Shown here in pieces: positions 1 to 10,641 of a DNA stretch of 64,000 nucleotides. The stretch is from an uncultured Acidobacteriaceae bacterium. GTDB taxonomy: Bacteria; Acidobacteriota; Terriglobia; Terriglobales; Acidobacteriaceae. Where the stretch lies: positions 1,606-65,605 of the forward strand of contig CAWGYS010000025.1 in assembly GCA_963826845.1 (NCBI GenBank), in the 5' to 3' direction. A program made the position numbers and the translations under genes. Numbering within the stretch: the stretch's first letter is position 1; every line of letters starts with the position of its first letter. The notes under the pieces were generated by a model that made no database searches, was not told where the DNA came from, and saw nothing but the letters and a program-made list of their open reading frames with translations.

Positions 1-226
1 CCACCCTCGAGGAATCGTAGAAATCGCCCGCCACGCGCTCGCCGGTATAAACCGCAGCAATCTCCGCGTAGCGGAGGACAGGAGCCTCGCAGCGCAGCGG
101 ATCGGCAGGAAGTGAAGCTTCGGGCTCGTCGAAATCGGAACGCCGGAACCCGGTATGACGGAAGAACGAACTCCAGAATCGCGTCGAGGGTGCCTTGCGA
201 CCCTCAACCTCAGCCCGCTGCCTCAT
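1..226 (-). CDS. PP2C/SpoIIE-type serine phosphatase, N-terminal part; the gene runs off the left edge
   Basis: Hand translation of the minus strand from ATG 226..224 gives MRQRAEVEG...LRYAEIAAVYTGERVAGDFYDSSRV with no stop before position 1. The (A/G)GDFYD motif preceded by ...AAxY is typical of the start of a SpoIIE/RsbU PP2C domain. The ORF is not in the supplied track because it is truncated. Confidence 0.45.
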   Translation of the reverse strand, partial: MRQRAEVEGRKAPSTRFWSSFFRHTGFRRSDFDEPEASLPADPLRCEAPVLRYAEIAAVYTGERVAGDFYDSSRV

Positions 227-286
227 AGCGGGAGTATCGGCAGATTATCTTCACGGCTTTAGAGCGAGCTCGGTGAAAACGGCCCG

Positions 287-733
287 TTAGTGCGGTAAAT
301 AGCCCGCTTCCATCGGCAGTTTACCATCCACCTTGACGACGCCCACGCGATCGGTGATCGATCGTTCCTCGACAAATCCGATCGCGCCCGGAGTCGACGC
401 GACTGCGTCGATCACATCCGCATCCGACGCCACCGTCCGGATCGCATCCTTGTGCGAGGCGAGCACCGCCTTCACTTCTGCCTCGGTCATCTTGGTCAGA
501 TGTTCCAGCGTGACCATCTCGTCCGGCGAAGAGTTGTGCAATACCAGCACCACATTCTTTCCCGTCCGGCCACTTCTTCACTTCGCCTTTGAAGATCTTG
601 GCCAAATGAGCCGAGCTAAAGTTCTGAGCGACGTTGTCCTTGTTGACCACGACCGCCATGTGATGCGCAAAACACGGTGTCGCCGACAACGCCACCCAGG
701 CGCACAGACAGAGAATCCGCTGGATACTTCATA
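287..733 (-). CDS. PstS/PBP-like periplasmic substrate-binding domain protein; frame interrupted twice as assembled
   Basis: ORFs 321..695 and 287..553 join into ...AVVVNKDNVAQNFSSAHLAKIFKGEVKKWPDGK|NVVLVLHNSSPDEM...STPGAIGFVEERS..., which looks like a phosphate-binding-protein domain. One break lies near 553-560 beside an AAA/GGG run. ATG 733 is one base out of frame with the signal-like IQRILCLCAWVALSATPCFA. Confidence 0.5.
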
Positions 734-831
734 GAAGCCAAGGCTTACCGCGTGCTATCCCCGAATTCTTGTCAAAAAATTGTCAAATGTGACGGGAGTA
801 ACCAGACTGGTAAGTAGAGGTCAGTAAGGTA

Positions 832-892
832 AGAGGTCAGATTGCAGAGGTAAGAGCCTCGGGCTAGGTTTCACCTCTGCAATCTGACCTCT
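832..892. repeat. Perfect 20-bp inverted repeat (hairpin) between the fabI 3' end and the PstS-like gene
   Basis: agaggtcagattgcagaggt (832..851) is the exact reverse complement of acctctgcaatctgacctct (873..892), with a 21-nt loop. It sits in heptad-like sequence (ggtaagt agaggtc agtaagg taagagg). No U-tract follows on either strand. Confidence 0.8.
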
Positions 893-908
893 GACTTCTA
901 CAATCTGC

Positions 909-1682
909 TCAAAATCCCATGATGTTGTATCCGCAATCCACGTAGATGACTTCGCCCGTAATCCCCGAGCTGGCATCGGAGGCAAGAAACACGCCCGTGC
1001 TGCCGACTTCGCCGACTTCCACATTCCGTTGCAGCGGCGCGCGCTCCGCGTGTAACTTGCAGCATGTCTCCGAGCCCCGAGATGCCGCGCGCCGCCAGCG
1101 TTTTGATCGGCCCCGCCGAGATCGCATTGACCCGAATCTTCCGCCGCCCCAGATCCTGCGCCAGATAGCGCACCGTGCATTCCAGCGCCGCCTTGGCCAC
1201 GCCCATGACGTTATAGTGCGGCACAACTTTTTCCGCGCCGTAATAAGTCATGGTGATGACGCTGCCGCCGTCTTCCATCAGCGGAGCCGCTGCCCGGCAC
1301 ACCGCGATCAGCGAATACACGCTGACGTCGTGCGCCACACGAAAGCCTTCGCGCGTAGTGTTCACGAAGTCAGCCCTTTCAATTCCTCCGCCGGAGCAAA
1401 CGCCACGCTGTGCACCAGCACATGCAATTTCCCGTAGCGAGCTTTGAGCTTTTCAAAAAGCTGCGCGATTTCTTCATCTCTCGAAACATCGCACATGAAA
1501 GCTTCCGCGCCCGGCAGCGAAAGAATCAGGTCTTTCGCTTCCAACTCCATGCGCTCGTTCTGATAAGTGATGGCAAGGTTAGCTCCCGCCGCGTGCAATC
1601 CCTGCGCAATCGCCCAAGCGATCGAGCGCTTGTTAGCCACTCCAAAAACAACCGCCGTCCGGCCCTTCAAGTCTTCAAACAT
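909..1682 (-). CDS. fabI: Enoyl-[acyl-carrier-protein] reductase (NADH) FabI; two frame breaks as assembled
   Basis: Three fragments stitch into a full FabI. They are [27 protein letters not shown]...[13 protein letters not shown], then [20 protein letters not shown]...[22 protein letters not shown]...[15 protein letters not shown], then [18 protein letters not shown]...[15 protein letters not shown]. Breaks lie near 1365 (a GGG run) and near 1072. A GGGAGA Shine-Dalgarno (SD) sequence sits 7 nt upstream of ATG 1682. Confidence 0.85.
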
Positions 1683-1733
1683 GAATAAATCTCCCGGGAA
1701 GAAAAGAAAGAATAACAGCAATCCGAGTGTAGG

Positions 1734-1843
1734 GCGGACACTCTTGTCCGCCGCTTTTGATCTTGGGGTTGATCTTGACTTGACGATCCGCATTCAAATT
1801 CAAAATCAACAGTCAACGGCAGCGGACAAGAGTGTCCACTCTT
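1734..1843. repeat. REP-like GC palindromes flanking a heptad-like spacer, upstream of fabI
   Basis: ggcggaca-ctct-tgtccgcc (1734..1753) is a perfect 8-bp-stem palindrome. Its core ggacactcttgtcc recurs inverted as ggacaagagtgtcc at 1823..1836, followed by cactcttg. Between them lies ttgatcttggggttgatcttgacttgac...attcaaattcaaaatcaacagtcaac. Confidence 0.6.
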
Positions 1844-1862
1844 GCACACAGACCCTAGTCCG

Positions 1863-3120
1863 TTACGGCGCCGCCGCAGCCACAGCCTTCGCCGCGCGAA
1901 CCGGCCAGCAGGCGCAGCCAAACGCGACCGCATACACCGCCGCGATCACGCCAAACCCCGCCGCCAGGCTGATTCGCGATGCGATCCACCCACCCCAGCC
2001 CCAGCCGACTTGCAGCAGCGTGCCAAAGAAATAAAAAGTGTTCTGCACGCGTCCCATGAACATGCGGCGGCACTTGCTCCATCAGACTGGTATTCATGGC
2101 CACGCCGCTGACGCCGCGCGCCGATCCCATCACCCCATAAAGCAGCACCGCGATCGCCAGCCACGGAGAAAACGGCGCAAACGCCATGGTCAGCGTCAGC
2201 AGCAGCATGGCAATCGCAATCGAGCCGCGTGATCCCACGCGCGCAATCAGCGCCGGAGCATAAAGCGCGCTCAGGAATGCGCCCACGCCCCAACCCGCCG
2301 TTCAGCCATCCATAGCCGGTAGCGCCCGGCATGAAAGACGCGATCGCTGAGCGGCGCCGTGACCACGACTCCCGTCATCATCGCGCCCAGAAACAGAGCC
2401 CAGCTCGTCCCCAGAAAAACCACGCTGGGATGCTCGCGCAGAAAGACCAGCCCCTCGCGCATCTCGCGCAGAAAGCGTCCCAGCCGCGGTTTCCGCCGCT
2501 TCCAGATCATGACGAAGTTCGACCGCCCGCGGCACCACATGCCGCCCCTGCCGCACCGCAAAGTAGCAGGAAAAAGAAACGACGTAAGTGCTCACGTCGA
2601 TCAGCAGCACTCCGCCCAGCCCAATATGCTCATAGACAAATCCAACAATCGCCCCGGCAATCAGCCATCCGCCCTGCATCCCGGCCAGCAGAAAAGTATT
2701 CGAATGCACGAACTCGCCCTCGGGCGTCAGTTCCTGAATCAGCGCCGTGATCGTAGGCCAGAACATCCAGAAGCCCGCCGCCACCAGCGTGTTCATCAGG
2801 TAGAGTTCCCACACCTGCACGCGGTGCAGAAACGCCAGCACCGTGACCGCAAGAATGATGGCGGCGCGCCCTGCATCCAGCCACATCACCAGCCGCCGCC
2901 GGTCTTCGCGATCGATGATGACGCCGGTGAAGGGAAGCATCAGCATGGCCGGAATCGTTTGCAGCGCCGCAAACGTGCCCAAAGCCATCTCGGAATGAGT
3001 GCGCTGCAAGATCGTCCAGGCCACGGCGGCGGAGTTCATCCCGCTGCCCAGCATGGAGATCACGTTCGCCGCAAAAACAAATCGCAGGGACCGAGACCGT
3101 TTTTGCAGAATCGAGCGCAT
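1863..3120 (-). CDS. MFS transporter (EntS/MFS_3-like); at least 3 frame breaks as assembled
   Basis: Fragments 2302..3120, 2271..2561, 1855..2286 and 1863..2063 form one 12-TM-like sequence: MRSILQKRSRSLRFVFAANVISMLGSGMNSAAVAWTIL...PFTGVIIDREDRRRL...LREHPSVVFLGTSWALFLG...VLLYGVMGSARGVSGVAMNTSLMEQVP...FYFFGTLLQVGWGWGGW. Breaks lie near 2540, 2290 and 2060. Confidence 0.75.
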
Positions 3121-3268
3121 AGTTCGAATCTAACATGGAGATTTGAGGGCAGCTGAATACCAGAGGTTTGTCTTCGCATCTCTCCGCCACCGCCAATATT
3201 CGGAATGTACTAACAAATAGCGGGAATTTATGATGCTCAGGTAAAGAAACGAACTGGAACTGAATCGT

Positions 3269-4642
3269 ATGACGGTGACTCAATCCACTAGGAATCTCGC
3301 CATTCCTTTGAAGGCGACCGGATGTTCTCCTGAAAACTTGTTTTCAAAACGGATCTTTATCAGGATCCTCACTATTGCATTCGGGGTCCTCTGCCTCGCG
3401 GCGGTGTCCGCTGGGCAACTCATCGCTCCTGCCATAACGGCCGACCATGGCCCGAATGCCCAGCAACAACTTTCGAAGCCGTACGTCATCCTCGTTTCGC
3501 TTGACGGCTTCCGTTTTGACTATGCGAAGCGATACCATGCCCGGCACCTGCTCGCCTTGGCGACTCGGGGCGCCAGCGCCCCCAAAGGAATGCTTCCAGC
3601 GTATCCTTCTATCACTTTTCCCAACCATTACACGATTGCTACCGGCCTTTATCCTGAACACCACGGCATCGTGGCCAACAATTTTTACGATCCGACCCGC
3701 AAAGAGAACTATAACTACCATGATCCGAAGTCTGTGGCGGATGGCACCTGGTACGGCGGAACTCCGCTCTGGGTGTTGGCTGAGCAGCAGGGCATGCGGT
3801 CCGCATGTCTGTTCTGGGTGGGATCGGAGGCAGATATTCAAGGGGTTCGCCCCACCTACTACTTGAAATTTGACTCAACTTTCCCCAATCGCAACCGTGT
3901 CGAGCAAGTTCTGGTCTGGCTCCATCTTCCCCCCGAGCAGAGGCCGCACATGATCACGCTTTATTTTTCCGATACTGATACTGCTGGACACCGCTATGGT
4001 CCCGATAGTCCGCAGGTCGCCGCCGCCGTACGCGAACTCGACTACCAGATAGGGAAGTTGGTGGACGGTATCAAGCGATCCAAACTACCGGTAGACCTGA
4101 TCGTTTTGGCCGACCATGGAATGGCGGAGGTCAAGGGCCCGGCAATTCAACTCGATCAGTACGGTTTGAATCCAGCCTGGTTTACTCGCCTCGTAGGTTC
4201 AAGCATGTATCCAAAATCCGAAGATGACGCACAAAGAGCCTATGAAACGCTGCGCGGGAAAAGTGATCAATTCGTCGTCTATCGTCGCCAAATGGTGCCC
4301 GCGTATCTTCACTTTGACAGCAACCCGCGCGAAGGTGATCCGGTTATCATTCCCACCGGCCCTTACTGGATCAGTGTCGCCACAGAATCCAACGTCCCAG
4401 AAAATCTACCTAAGGGAGCACACGGATACGACGCGACTCGAATGCCAGAGATGAAAGCAATTTTTTTTGCCTCTGGACCAGACATTCGGTCAGGAATCGC
4501 GCTCCAGCCATTTGAGAATGTCAACGTGTATCCGCTGATCGCCAGGATACTTGGCCTTGATATTACGGACCTGAAAACAGGGCCGATCGATGGCACACTA
4601 GGCGTGCTTGAGGGAATTCTGAAAACAAAGAGCAGACGATAA
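3269..4642 (+). CDS. Ectonucleotide pyrophosphatase/phosphodiesterase (NPP, alkaline-phosphatase superfamily), secreted
   Basis: Intact 457-aa ORF with an N-terminal hydrophobic segment. It carries NPP hallmarks: VILVSLDGFRFDY, YPSITFPNHYTIATGLYPEHHGIVANNFYDP, YFSDTDTAGHRYGPDS, LADHGM and GAHGYD. Confidence 0.85.
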   Translation: MTVTQSTRNLAIPLKATGCSPENLFSKRIFIRILTIAFGVLCLAAVSAGQLIAPAITADHGPNAQQQLSKPYVILVSLDGFRFDYAKRYHARHLLALATRGASAPKGMLPAYPSITFPNHYTIATGLYPEHHGIVANNFYDPTRKENYNYHDPKSVADGTWYGGTPLWVLAEQQGMRSACLFWVGSEADIQGVRPTYYLKFDSTFPNRNRVEQVLVWLHLPPEQRPHMITLYFSDTDTAGHRYGPDSPQVAAAVRELDYQIGKLVDGIKRSKLPVDLIVLADHGMAEVKGPAIQLDQYGLNPAWFTRLVGSSMYPKSEDDAQRAYETLRGKSDQFVVYRRQMVPAYLHFDSNPREGDPVIIPTGPYWISVATESNVPENLPKGAHGYDATRMPEMKAIFFASGPDIRSGIALQPFENVNVYPLIARILGLDITDLKTGPIDGTLGVLEGILKTKSRR

Positions 4643-4671
4643 TCCAGCGCAGAATCCGGACGCCGCCCGTC

Positions 4672-7282
4672 CTACTTCAGCCCCGTAACCACATACGCCT
4701 CCGACAGAATCCGCACGTAGAGATATGCGTACGCAGTCCCGTCGCTCGAAATATTCGGAGCAGCAACTACCGAGACTCCCGCGCCGGTCTCTTCTCCCAG
4801 GGTTTTCCACGGTTCCATTTTTCCGGTCTGAATATTCACCAGCGAGATCTTTGCGGCCTTCGCGCCTATCGTGCCCGCTCGTCGGTTGGGAACTACATAT
4901 ACCGACTCGCCATCCGCCGTCCAGCCAATAATGTTGTAACCGGATTCGATCCCCGGTATGGGGCGAAATCCGCCTCCTTCGAGCGTCCAAATTCCACGTT
5001 TACCGTCGGGTCCACGGACTGCCACACTCCGGCCGTCCGGCGAGGCGTTTACTCCAGCGACGCCCTCGGGAGTGACAGGCTTGGAGTCTCCATTGCTCAA
5101 ATCGATAATGTAATCTCGCCCGCCGTGTCCGGTTTCAATTCCGGCGGCGAGCAAGCGCTTGCCATCGGGAAGAAACCGCACGTCACCATAGCTCACGGCG
5201 TCGTGGGTGAGCGGTTTGGATTCGCCTGCTCCTGTCGGCACCAGAATCAGCGGTCCGCCCTTCGCCGATTTCGTGATCACCCATTTTCCATCCGCCGAGA
5301 TGGCCTTGGCGTCGCCCTCGCCAATGCGTGCCGGAGGCGATCCATCGGTATCCCGCACGAACACAGTATAGTTTGGTCCACCGCCGTCGCCTTCTTCATC
5401 GAACACGATCTTGTGCCCGTCCCGGCTGATGTCCCGTAGCTCCGACCATCCGAACCATCCCAATTCATGCTCCTCCTTGCCGCCCGGCGCCATCCCACGG
5501 ATACCCAGCCGTGTGTGATTCGCCACCGCCAGCACCGTGCCATTTCGGATGTCTTGCAGCCACATGCCGCCGGGCACGTTGGTGATGGTCCGCAGCTTGC
5601 CCGAGAGGGTCACCGCACGCGGGTTCGAGGCGCTGCCGGTATTGGTGCACGTAAACCAGATCTCATCGCCCGCTGGAGACCAGAGAATTCCCTGCAATGA
5701 ACTCCAGCCTGAAGAAAGTTTCCTTTCTTTTTCTTTGCCATCCGCGCCAATCACCGCCAGCGAACCTTCGTCGTCGCCGTCAGGATTTTCATGGTCGGCA
5801 AACGCGATCCACTTGCCATCCGGCGAGATCTTCGGATGACTCATCCAGTTGATGCCATCGATCAAAACCTTGCCGACGGGATATTCCAGACGCCAGTGAT
5901 TGTTCTCTGGCAGGTAACGAACAATCGCCAGGCTTTCCCCATTCGCCGACCAGTCGGCATCCCCAACGTTGTCGAGCACTTCTCGCGGCGTCCCCCCACT
6001 CAATGGAACCCGCGCCAGCGTGCCGCTGCGGGCGTAGCCGCCATGCCCTACGGTGTTGAGGCGAATCGCCATTTCTCCGCTCTTGGAGATGGAAAGCAGT
6101 TCAGCATCCTTGATTCCGAGTTCGCGCGACCCGGGATCGTCTGTGCGCGACATGTAGAGCTGGTTTTCGCCGCCCTCCCACGATGCGCTGTAAACCATGC
6201 TGCCGTCGGGTGTAAACCGGGCATTGCCGATCGATCCCGTGCGAAACGTGATCTGTTGGTACTCCGGCTGAGATGCATGCGCGCCCGCTCCGCCGCTCCA
6301 CCAACCGAGACCGTACACCACAGCCGCAAGCCCGAGACCAGCCGCGAGTCCGATCGCCAGTCGGCGACGCGACTGCGCGTTACCAGCGCCAACTCCCGCC
6401 GTCGCCAGTCGCGCCGCGCTGCCGGAAAGCCCGGAAAGATGTTCAAGATCAAACGCAATATCGCTGGCGGAATGGAAACGCGACTCAGGATTTTTCTCCA
6501 GGCAATGCTGCACAATCCGTTCCAGCGCCGGAGAAACATTGCGATTGGTTTCGCTCAGCTCCGGAGGCTCTTCTTTCAGAATCGAACTCATCGTGTCCGC
6601 CGGAGTGTCGCCATGAAACGCGCGCTTGCCCGAAAGCATCTCGTAGAGAATCGCGCCAAAACTAAAAATGTCAGAGCGCGGATCAAGCGCCATCCCGCGC
6701 ACCTGCTCGGGAGACATATATCCCGCCGTCCCCAATCACCACGCCCGCTTCGGTGGCGCCGTGGGTCACGGTGGCCATTGAGGGATGTGATCCCGGATCA
6801 GCCTGCGTCAGTTTGGCCAGTCCGAAGTCGAGGATCTTCAGCCGTCCATCTTTCGTGATGAACAGATTCTCCGGCTTAAGGTCGCGATGAATGATTCCTT
6901 TTTCGTGCGCCGCAGCCAGCCCGTGCGCAATCTGCAAGGCGTAGTCGAGAGTCTTGCGTACAGGGATCGACCCGGTACGCAAACGATCCCGCAGAGTCTC
7001 GCCCTCCAGCAGTTCAGAGACGACGTAAGGCGAGCCTTCACTCGTGCCAATGTCGAATACAGCCAGAATGTTGGGATGGTTCAGAGCGGCAGTGGCCAGC
7101 GCTTCCTGCTCGAAACGGCGCATGCGGTCGGCGTCAAGAGAAAGTGCCTGCGGCAAAACCTTGATGGCAACGTCGCGTCGAAGCCGCGAGTCCCGGGCGC
7201 GATAAACCTCGCCCATGCCGCCAGCGCCTAAGAGGGAGACAATTTCATACGGTCCAAGTTTGGTGCCCGAGGCCAGATTCAT
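4672..7282 (-). CDS. Ser/Thr protein kinase fused to a TolB-like beta-propeller; one frame break as assembled
   Basis: The N-terminus carries [26 protein letters not shown] and DFGLAK. After a break at the C4 run 6730..6733 (G4 on the coding strand), the sequence continues ...[10 protein letters not shown].... The C-terminal half has repeated SPDGKWIAF / SADGKWVI / LPDGKRLL / SPDGRSVAV motifs. Confidence 0.85.
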
Positions 7283-7303
7283 CAGTGGGCGAAATTATAA
7301 CCT

Positions 7304-7366
7304 AGCTCTCAGATGTCAGCCTTCAGCTCTCAGATGTCAGCCTTCAGCTCTCAGATGTCAGCCTTC
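7304..7366. repeat. Perfect 3 x 21-bp tandem repeat (3 heptads per unit) in the divergent kinase/phosphoesterase intergenic region
   Basis: agctctcagatgtcagccttc occurs at 7304..7324, 7325..7345 and 7346..7366, all identical. Read on the kinase coding strand it is ctgaagg ctgacat ctgagag, ending 22 nt upstream of kinase ATG 7282. Confidence 0.95.
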
Positions 7367-7387
7367 AGACAACCCCAAACCCCGCTC

Positions 7388-7416
7388 TTGACAACCGCTT
7401 CCGCCCGGCTCATTAT
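7388..7416 (+). promoter_or_regulatory. Candidate sigma70-type promoter for the phosphoesterase gene
   Basis: TTGACA (7388..7393), a 17-nt spacer, then CATTAT (7411..7416), about 90 nt upstream of ATG 7506. A 7-bp stem gttgctc/gagcaac lies in the putative 5' UTR. This is a pattern match only. Confidence 0.3.
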
Positions 7417-7505
7417 CGCCGATAGTAGATACGTAGTTCGGGGTTGCTCATCCCTGTGGAGCAACGCTTCCCGAAATAACGGCACACCCACAACAGGAGA
7501 ATCCG

Positions 7506-9007
7506 ATGAAACGCTCTGTCCGGTTTCTATTTGCTCAAGCTCTATTGCTCGTGGCTCTTTTGGGAGCCATAGCCCAAGCTCAGTTCCCATCGCAAATCCA
7601 GCACGTAGTCATCGTTTTCCAGGAGAACCGCACTCCCGACAACCTTTTTCAGGGACTCCACGGTCTCAAGGGATCGAACAATGTGAAGTACGACATCCAG
7701 AATTATTGGGTGGATTCCGCCGGCAAACACAAAACTGCTGGCGCCGGTCGGATTGGCAACCAACTTCGATCTCAGCCACGCTCATAATGCGTTCGTGTCG
7801 GAGTCAACCGCATCCAGCACGGCGCTGGTGCCCGGTTGCGGCGGCACCGCGACTGCCGAGATTTTCGGCTGCGCGGCCTCGACCTGGAATCAGTTTATGT
7901 ACGTCGATAACGCGCAGGCATTGAAATCCACCAATCTCTACGGCAAGAATATAACCACCCATATTCTCGATCCCTACATCACCATGGCGCAACGATGGGG
8001 ATGGGCGAATTACATGTACCAGACCAACCAGGGCCCGAGTTATCCAGCGCACCAGTTCATTTTTGGCGGAACTTCAGCTCCCAGTCAGGCGGACGATCAA
8101 ATCGGAACGTTCGTCTCGGAGAATTTTACGCCTTCGAGTGCTTTCGCCGGTTGTCTCGCAGATACCACCGCGATGAATTTCCTGATCGATGCCAACGGGA
8201 CGGAAACCGCGTACGGCGGCACTTTGGGCGACTTCTGTTACAGCCACAACACCATGGCAACGCTACTCGATCCCCCAGCGATTTCCTGGAAGTACTATGC
8301 TCCGGCGGCAGGCTCGATCTGGACCGCGCCTAATTCAATTGCAGCTATTTGCCAGCCCAATTCGAGCTACCACAGTTTGCAACGGCAGCGAGTGGGCGAC
8401 GAACGTGATTTTCCCATTCACCGGCAGTTATGGCGCGGTGCCTTTCCTGAACGATCTACAGAACTGCCAACTGCCGGCGGTCAGCTGGGTCATTCCTGAC
8501 GGGAAATGGTCCGATCATGCCAGCTCGAACAAAGGTTTGGGTCCGTCCTACGTAGCTGCCATTGTGAATGCCATCGGAGGCTTCAACAATACTTGCGGCT
8601 ACTGGGACAACACCGTGATCGTTCTGACCTGGGACGATTGGGGAGGCTGGTACGATCACGAAGCGCCCTGGAAGCTGGCTCCGCCCTACAGCAACTACAA
8701 CTATGGTTTCCGAGTGCCCTTGATCGTGATCTCGGCCTACACCACGCCGGGACTGGTGAGCAAGGTTCAGCCCGAAGACTTCGGCAGCATCCTCAACATG
8801 GTGCAAGGGATTTTCTTCGGTCCCACGCACGAGCAGCAGCTAGGATTTGCCGACGCTCGTTCGTCGAATGACCTGCGTGAGTTCTTCACCAGCGCGGCGC
8901 AACCTTACGGCGCAACCATTCCGGCGGTAGAGGACATCAACTACTTCCTCGATCTGCCCACCCCGAAAGGCGAAGCCGATGGACCGGTGCCTCCGGACAA
9001 TGATTAG
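7506..9007 (+). CDS. Phosphoesterase family protein (phospholipase C / acid phosphatase AcpA type), secreted; two frame breaks as assembled
   Basis: It has a signal peptide MKRSVRFLFAQALLLVALLGAIAQA followed by IQHVVIVFQENRTPDNLF. Fragments 7753..8499 and 8189..9007 add YPAHQFIFGGTS, WVIPDGKWSDHAS, NTVIVLTWDDWGGWYDHEAPW and YGFRVPLIVISAYT. Breaks lie near 7735 and 8365. An AGGAG SD precedes the ATG. Confidence 0.8.
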
Positions 9008-9041
9008 GGGACAACGATTAGGTAGGTATGTTGTTTTCTTG

Positions 9042-9071
9042 CGCGGGTGCTGAGACCTTGCAGCACCCGCG
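9042..9071. terminator. GC-rich hairpin between convergent genes (possible terminator; no U-tract)
   Basis: cgcgggtgctg (9042..9052) pairs perfectly with cagcacccgcg (9061..9071) around an 8-nt loop. It lies between the phosphoesterase stop (9007) and the DUF4097-like stop (9123). The flanks are T-rich upstream and A-rich downstream on the plus strand, so it is not a canonical intrinsic terminator. Confidence 0.35.
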
Positions 9072-9101
9072 AAAATCATCCGATGTCGTGTGAAGCGGCG
9101 A

Positions 9102-9136
9102 TCAAGACCTAAGACCTAACACCTAACACCTAAGAC
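9102..9136. repeat. Heptad tandem array, TAAGACC/TAACACC family (5 units)
   Basis: caagacc taagacc taacacc taacacc taagacc. It overlaps the last codons and stop of the minus-strand DUF4097-like ORF. Confidence 0.9.
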
Positions 9137-10584
9137 CTGCCCTTCCTAGTTCTCCGTAACCGCCGGCGCCGCCTTTGGAGCCGGCAAAGCCTTCAACGCC
9201 TTGCCCGGGTTCGGTGGCGTGAATGGCGGAGCTCGGCATAACCGGAGCCACGGTCGCAACCGTCCCTTTGCGGATCTCTATCTGTCCTTTGTCGCAGTTC
9301 ATCACCAGCTTCGGACCATTCGTTCCGATCGAACCGCTGGCACTCGATTCCCGTTCGTGACTCTCAATTTTGATCTCCTCGAAGTCGCTCTGGATCTCTC
9401 CCTCGCGGGTGCGCGCCTCAACCTTGATCGGCGTATTCGGAGGAATCGTAACCTGCACGTCGCCCTTGCGGTTATCAATCTGGATGTTCCCCGGCTTATG
9501 CAGCCCGACTTCGACCGATCCGTTTTCGTCTTCCAAGTCGAAGGTCGCCCGACAAACCTTCCAGTGAAATGTCCTTCGACCGCGTCTTCAGGTGCATCGG
9601 CCCGCTCAGCGAATCAGCGCGCAGGTCGCCCGAATCAAGATCCAGTCGTCCGTCGAGGTGCGCAAATTCCATGTCCGTGCGCGACGAATGGAAGCTGACC
9701 GTCTTGCTCACTCGAACCAACTGCACGCTTTCCTGAAACTCGCCGTTGAGATGCACTGCGCCATCCACATCTTCGATCGAGACTTCATTGGCGCGGCCTT
9801 GAATCGTGACATCGCCTTTCACATGTTCAGAGCGGGCGGAACTTTGCTCCAGTGTGAGCACGGCGTTTCCAGTGTGATCGTTGAGACTGACTTCGCCATG
9901 CTGATTGGTGACGTCGACCGAGCCCTGCATCCCGTTGATGGTGACGCCGCCGCGCCTGGAAACGATCACCAGATCGGTGTTGCGCGGCACATAAATATCC
10001 ATGTCGGTCGCGACGCTGTGGTCACCGGCAGCATGAGTCTGAGCGTCCAGCGTGACCACCTTGTCGGCGACGGTGATATGCGGCTTGGTCTTGGAGTTGT
10101 AGCTGTCGGCGTCCGCTTCTTTCTCCGCACGGACCTTCTTACGCACCGATACTTTCATCGTCTTGCCGTCGGCCACATTGATCGTGATCGCGCCACGGTC
10201 ATCGAGCACGTGCAAAGTAGCGCCTGCCGGAATTTCCTGGCTCAATTCGTCGCTGTAATCAAACGTGGGCCCGCTGAAGATCTCGTCCAGCCCTTCATCG
10301 TCGCCCATCTGGATGTGGTCCCCAAGGTTCTTCCAGTCCACCCGCGACGCCTGCGTCGCAATCAGTCCTGCCCCGATCAGGAACAGCATTAGAAAAACGC
10401 CGCCGACCCCAATGCCGCGCGTCGGCTGACCGTAGCGCTTGGCCTGTTCGTACTCGACCAACTTGAGCACGCCCCAGAGGATGAGCAGGGCGGGCCAGAA
10501 GCGCGCGAACAGAGAGCCGAGGTTGTGTATATCCAGGATCCCCATCGTCCCCAGCAGGAACAGCACTCCAATCAGGATCAGCAC
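9123..10584 (-). CDS. DUF4097-like (putative adhesin / LiaG-type beta-repeat) membrane protein; one frame break; true start unresolved
   Basis: The N-terminal TM hairpin is LILIGVLFLLGTMGIL...FWPALLILWGVLKLV. Repetitive beta units follow (GAITINV, VVTLDAQT, GGVTINGMQGSVDVTNQHGEVSL, GDVTIQGRANEVSIEDV, DISLEGLSGDLRL...). Fragment 9123..9536 then adds GNIQIDNRKGDVQVTIP...GEIQSDF. The break is near 9520. The track start is GTG 10584, but the conserved motif extends upstream to an in-frame TAG at 10642. Confidence 0.7.
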
Positions 10585-10641
10585 GACCGGCCCCGCGATC
10601 GAACGATGCGGACGCGCAGTGGAGCAGGTGGAACAATCGGG

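Noticed and set aside
5791-6858. Long antisense ORFs opposite real genes. Examples: 5791..6858 (+), 14725..15840 (+), 32610..33635 (-), 34453..35370 (-), 43047..44150 (+), 46950..47933 (+), 49536..50411 (+), 56653..57831 (-), 57894..59003 (-).
   Set aside because: They lie fully inside genes with strong family motifs on the other strand. They have Arg/His/Pro-rich, low-complexity translations typical of GC-rich shadow frames, and they carry no recognisable domains.
10295-10636. 113-aa ORF overlapping the 5' end of the DUF4097-like gene.
   Set aside because: Its translation is Arg/Ala/Gly-rich with no membrane or domain features. Only its TTG start at 10636 is of interest, as a possible true start of the DUF4097-like gene if another indel exists.
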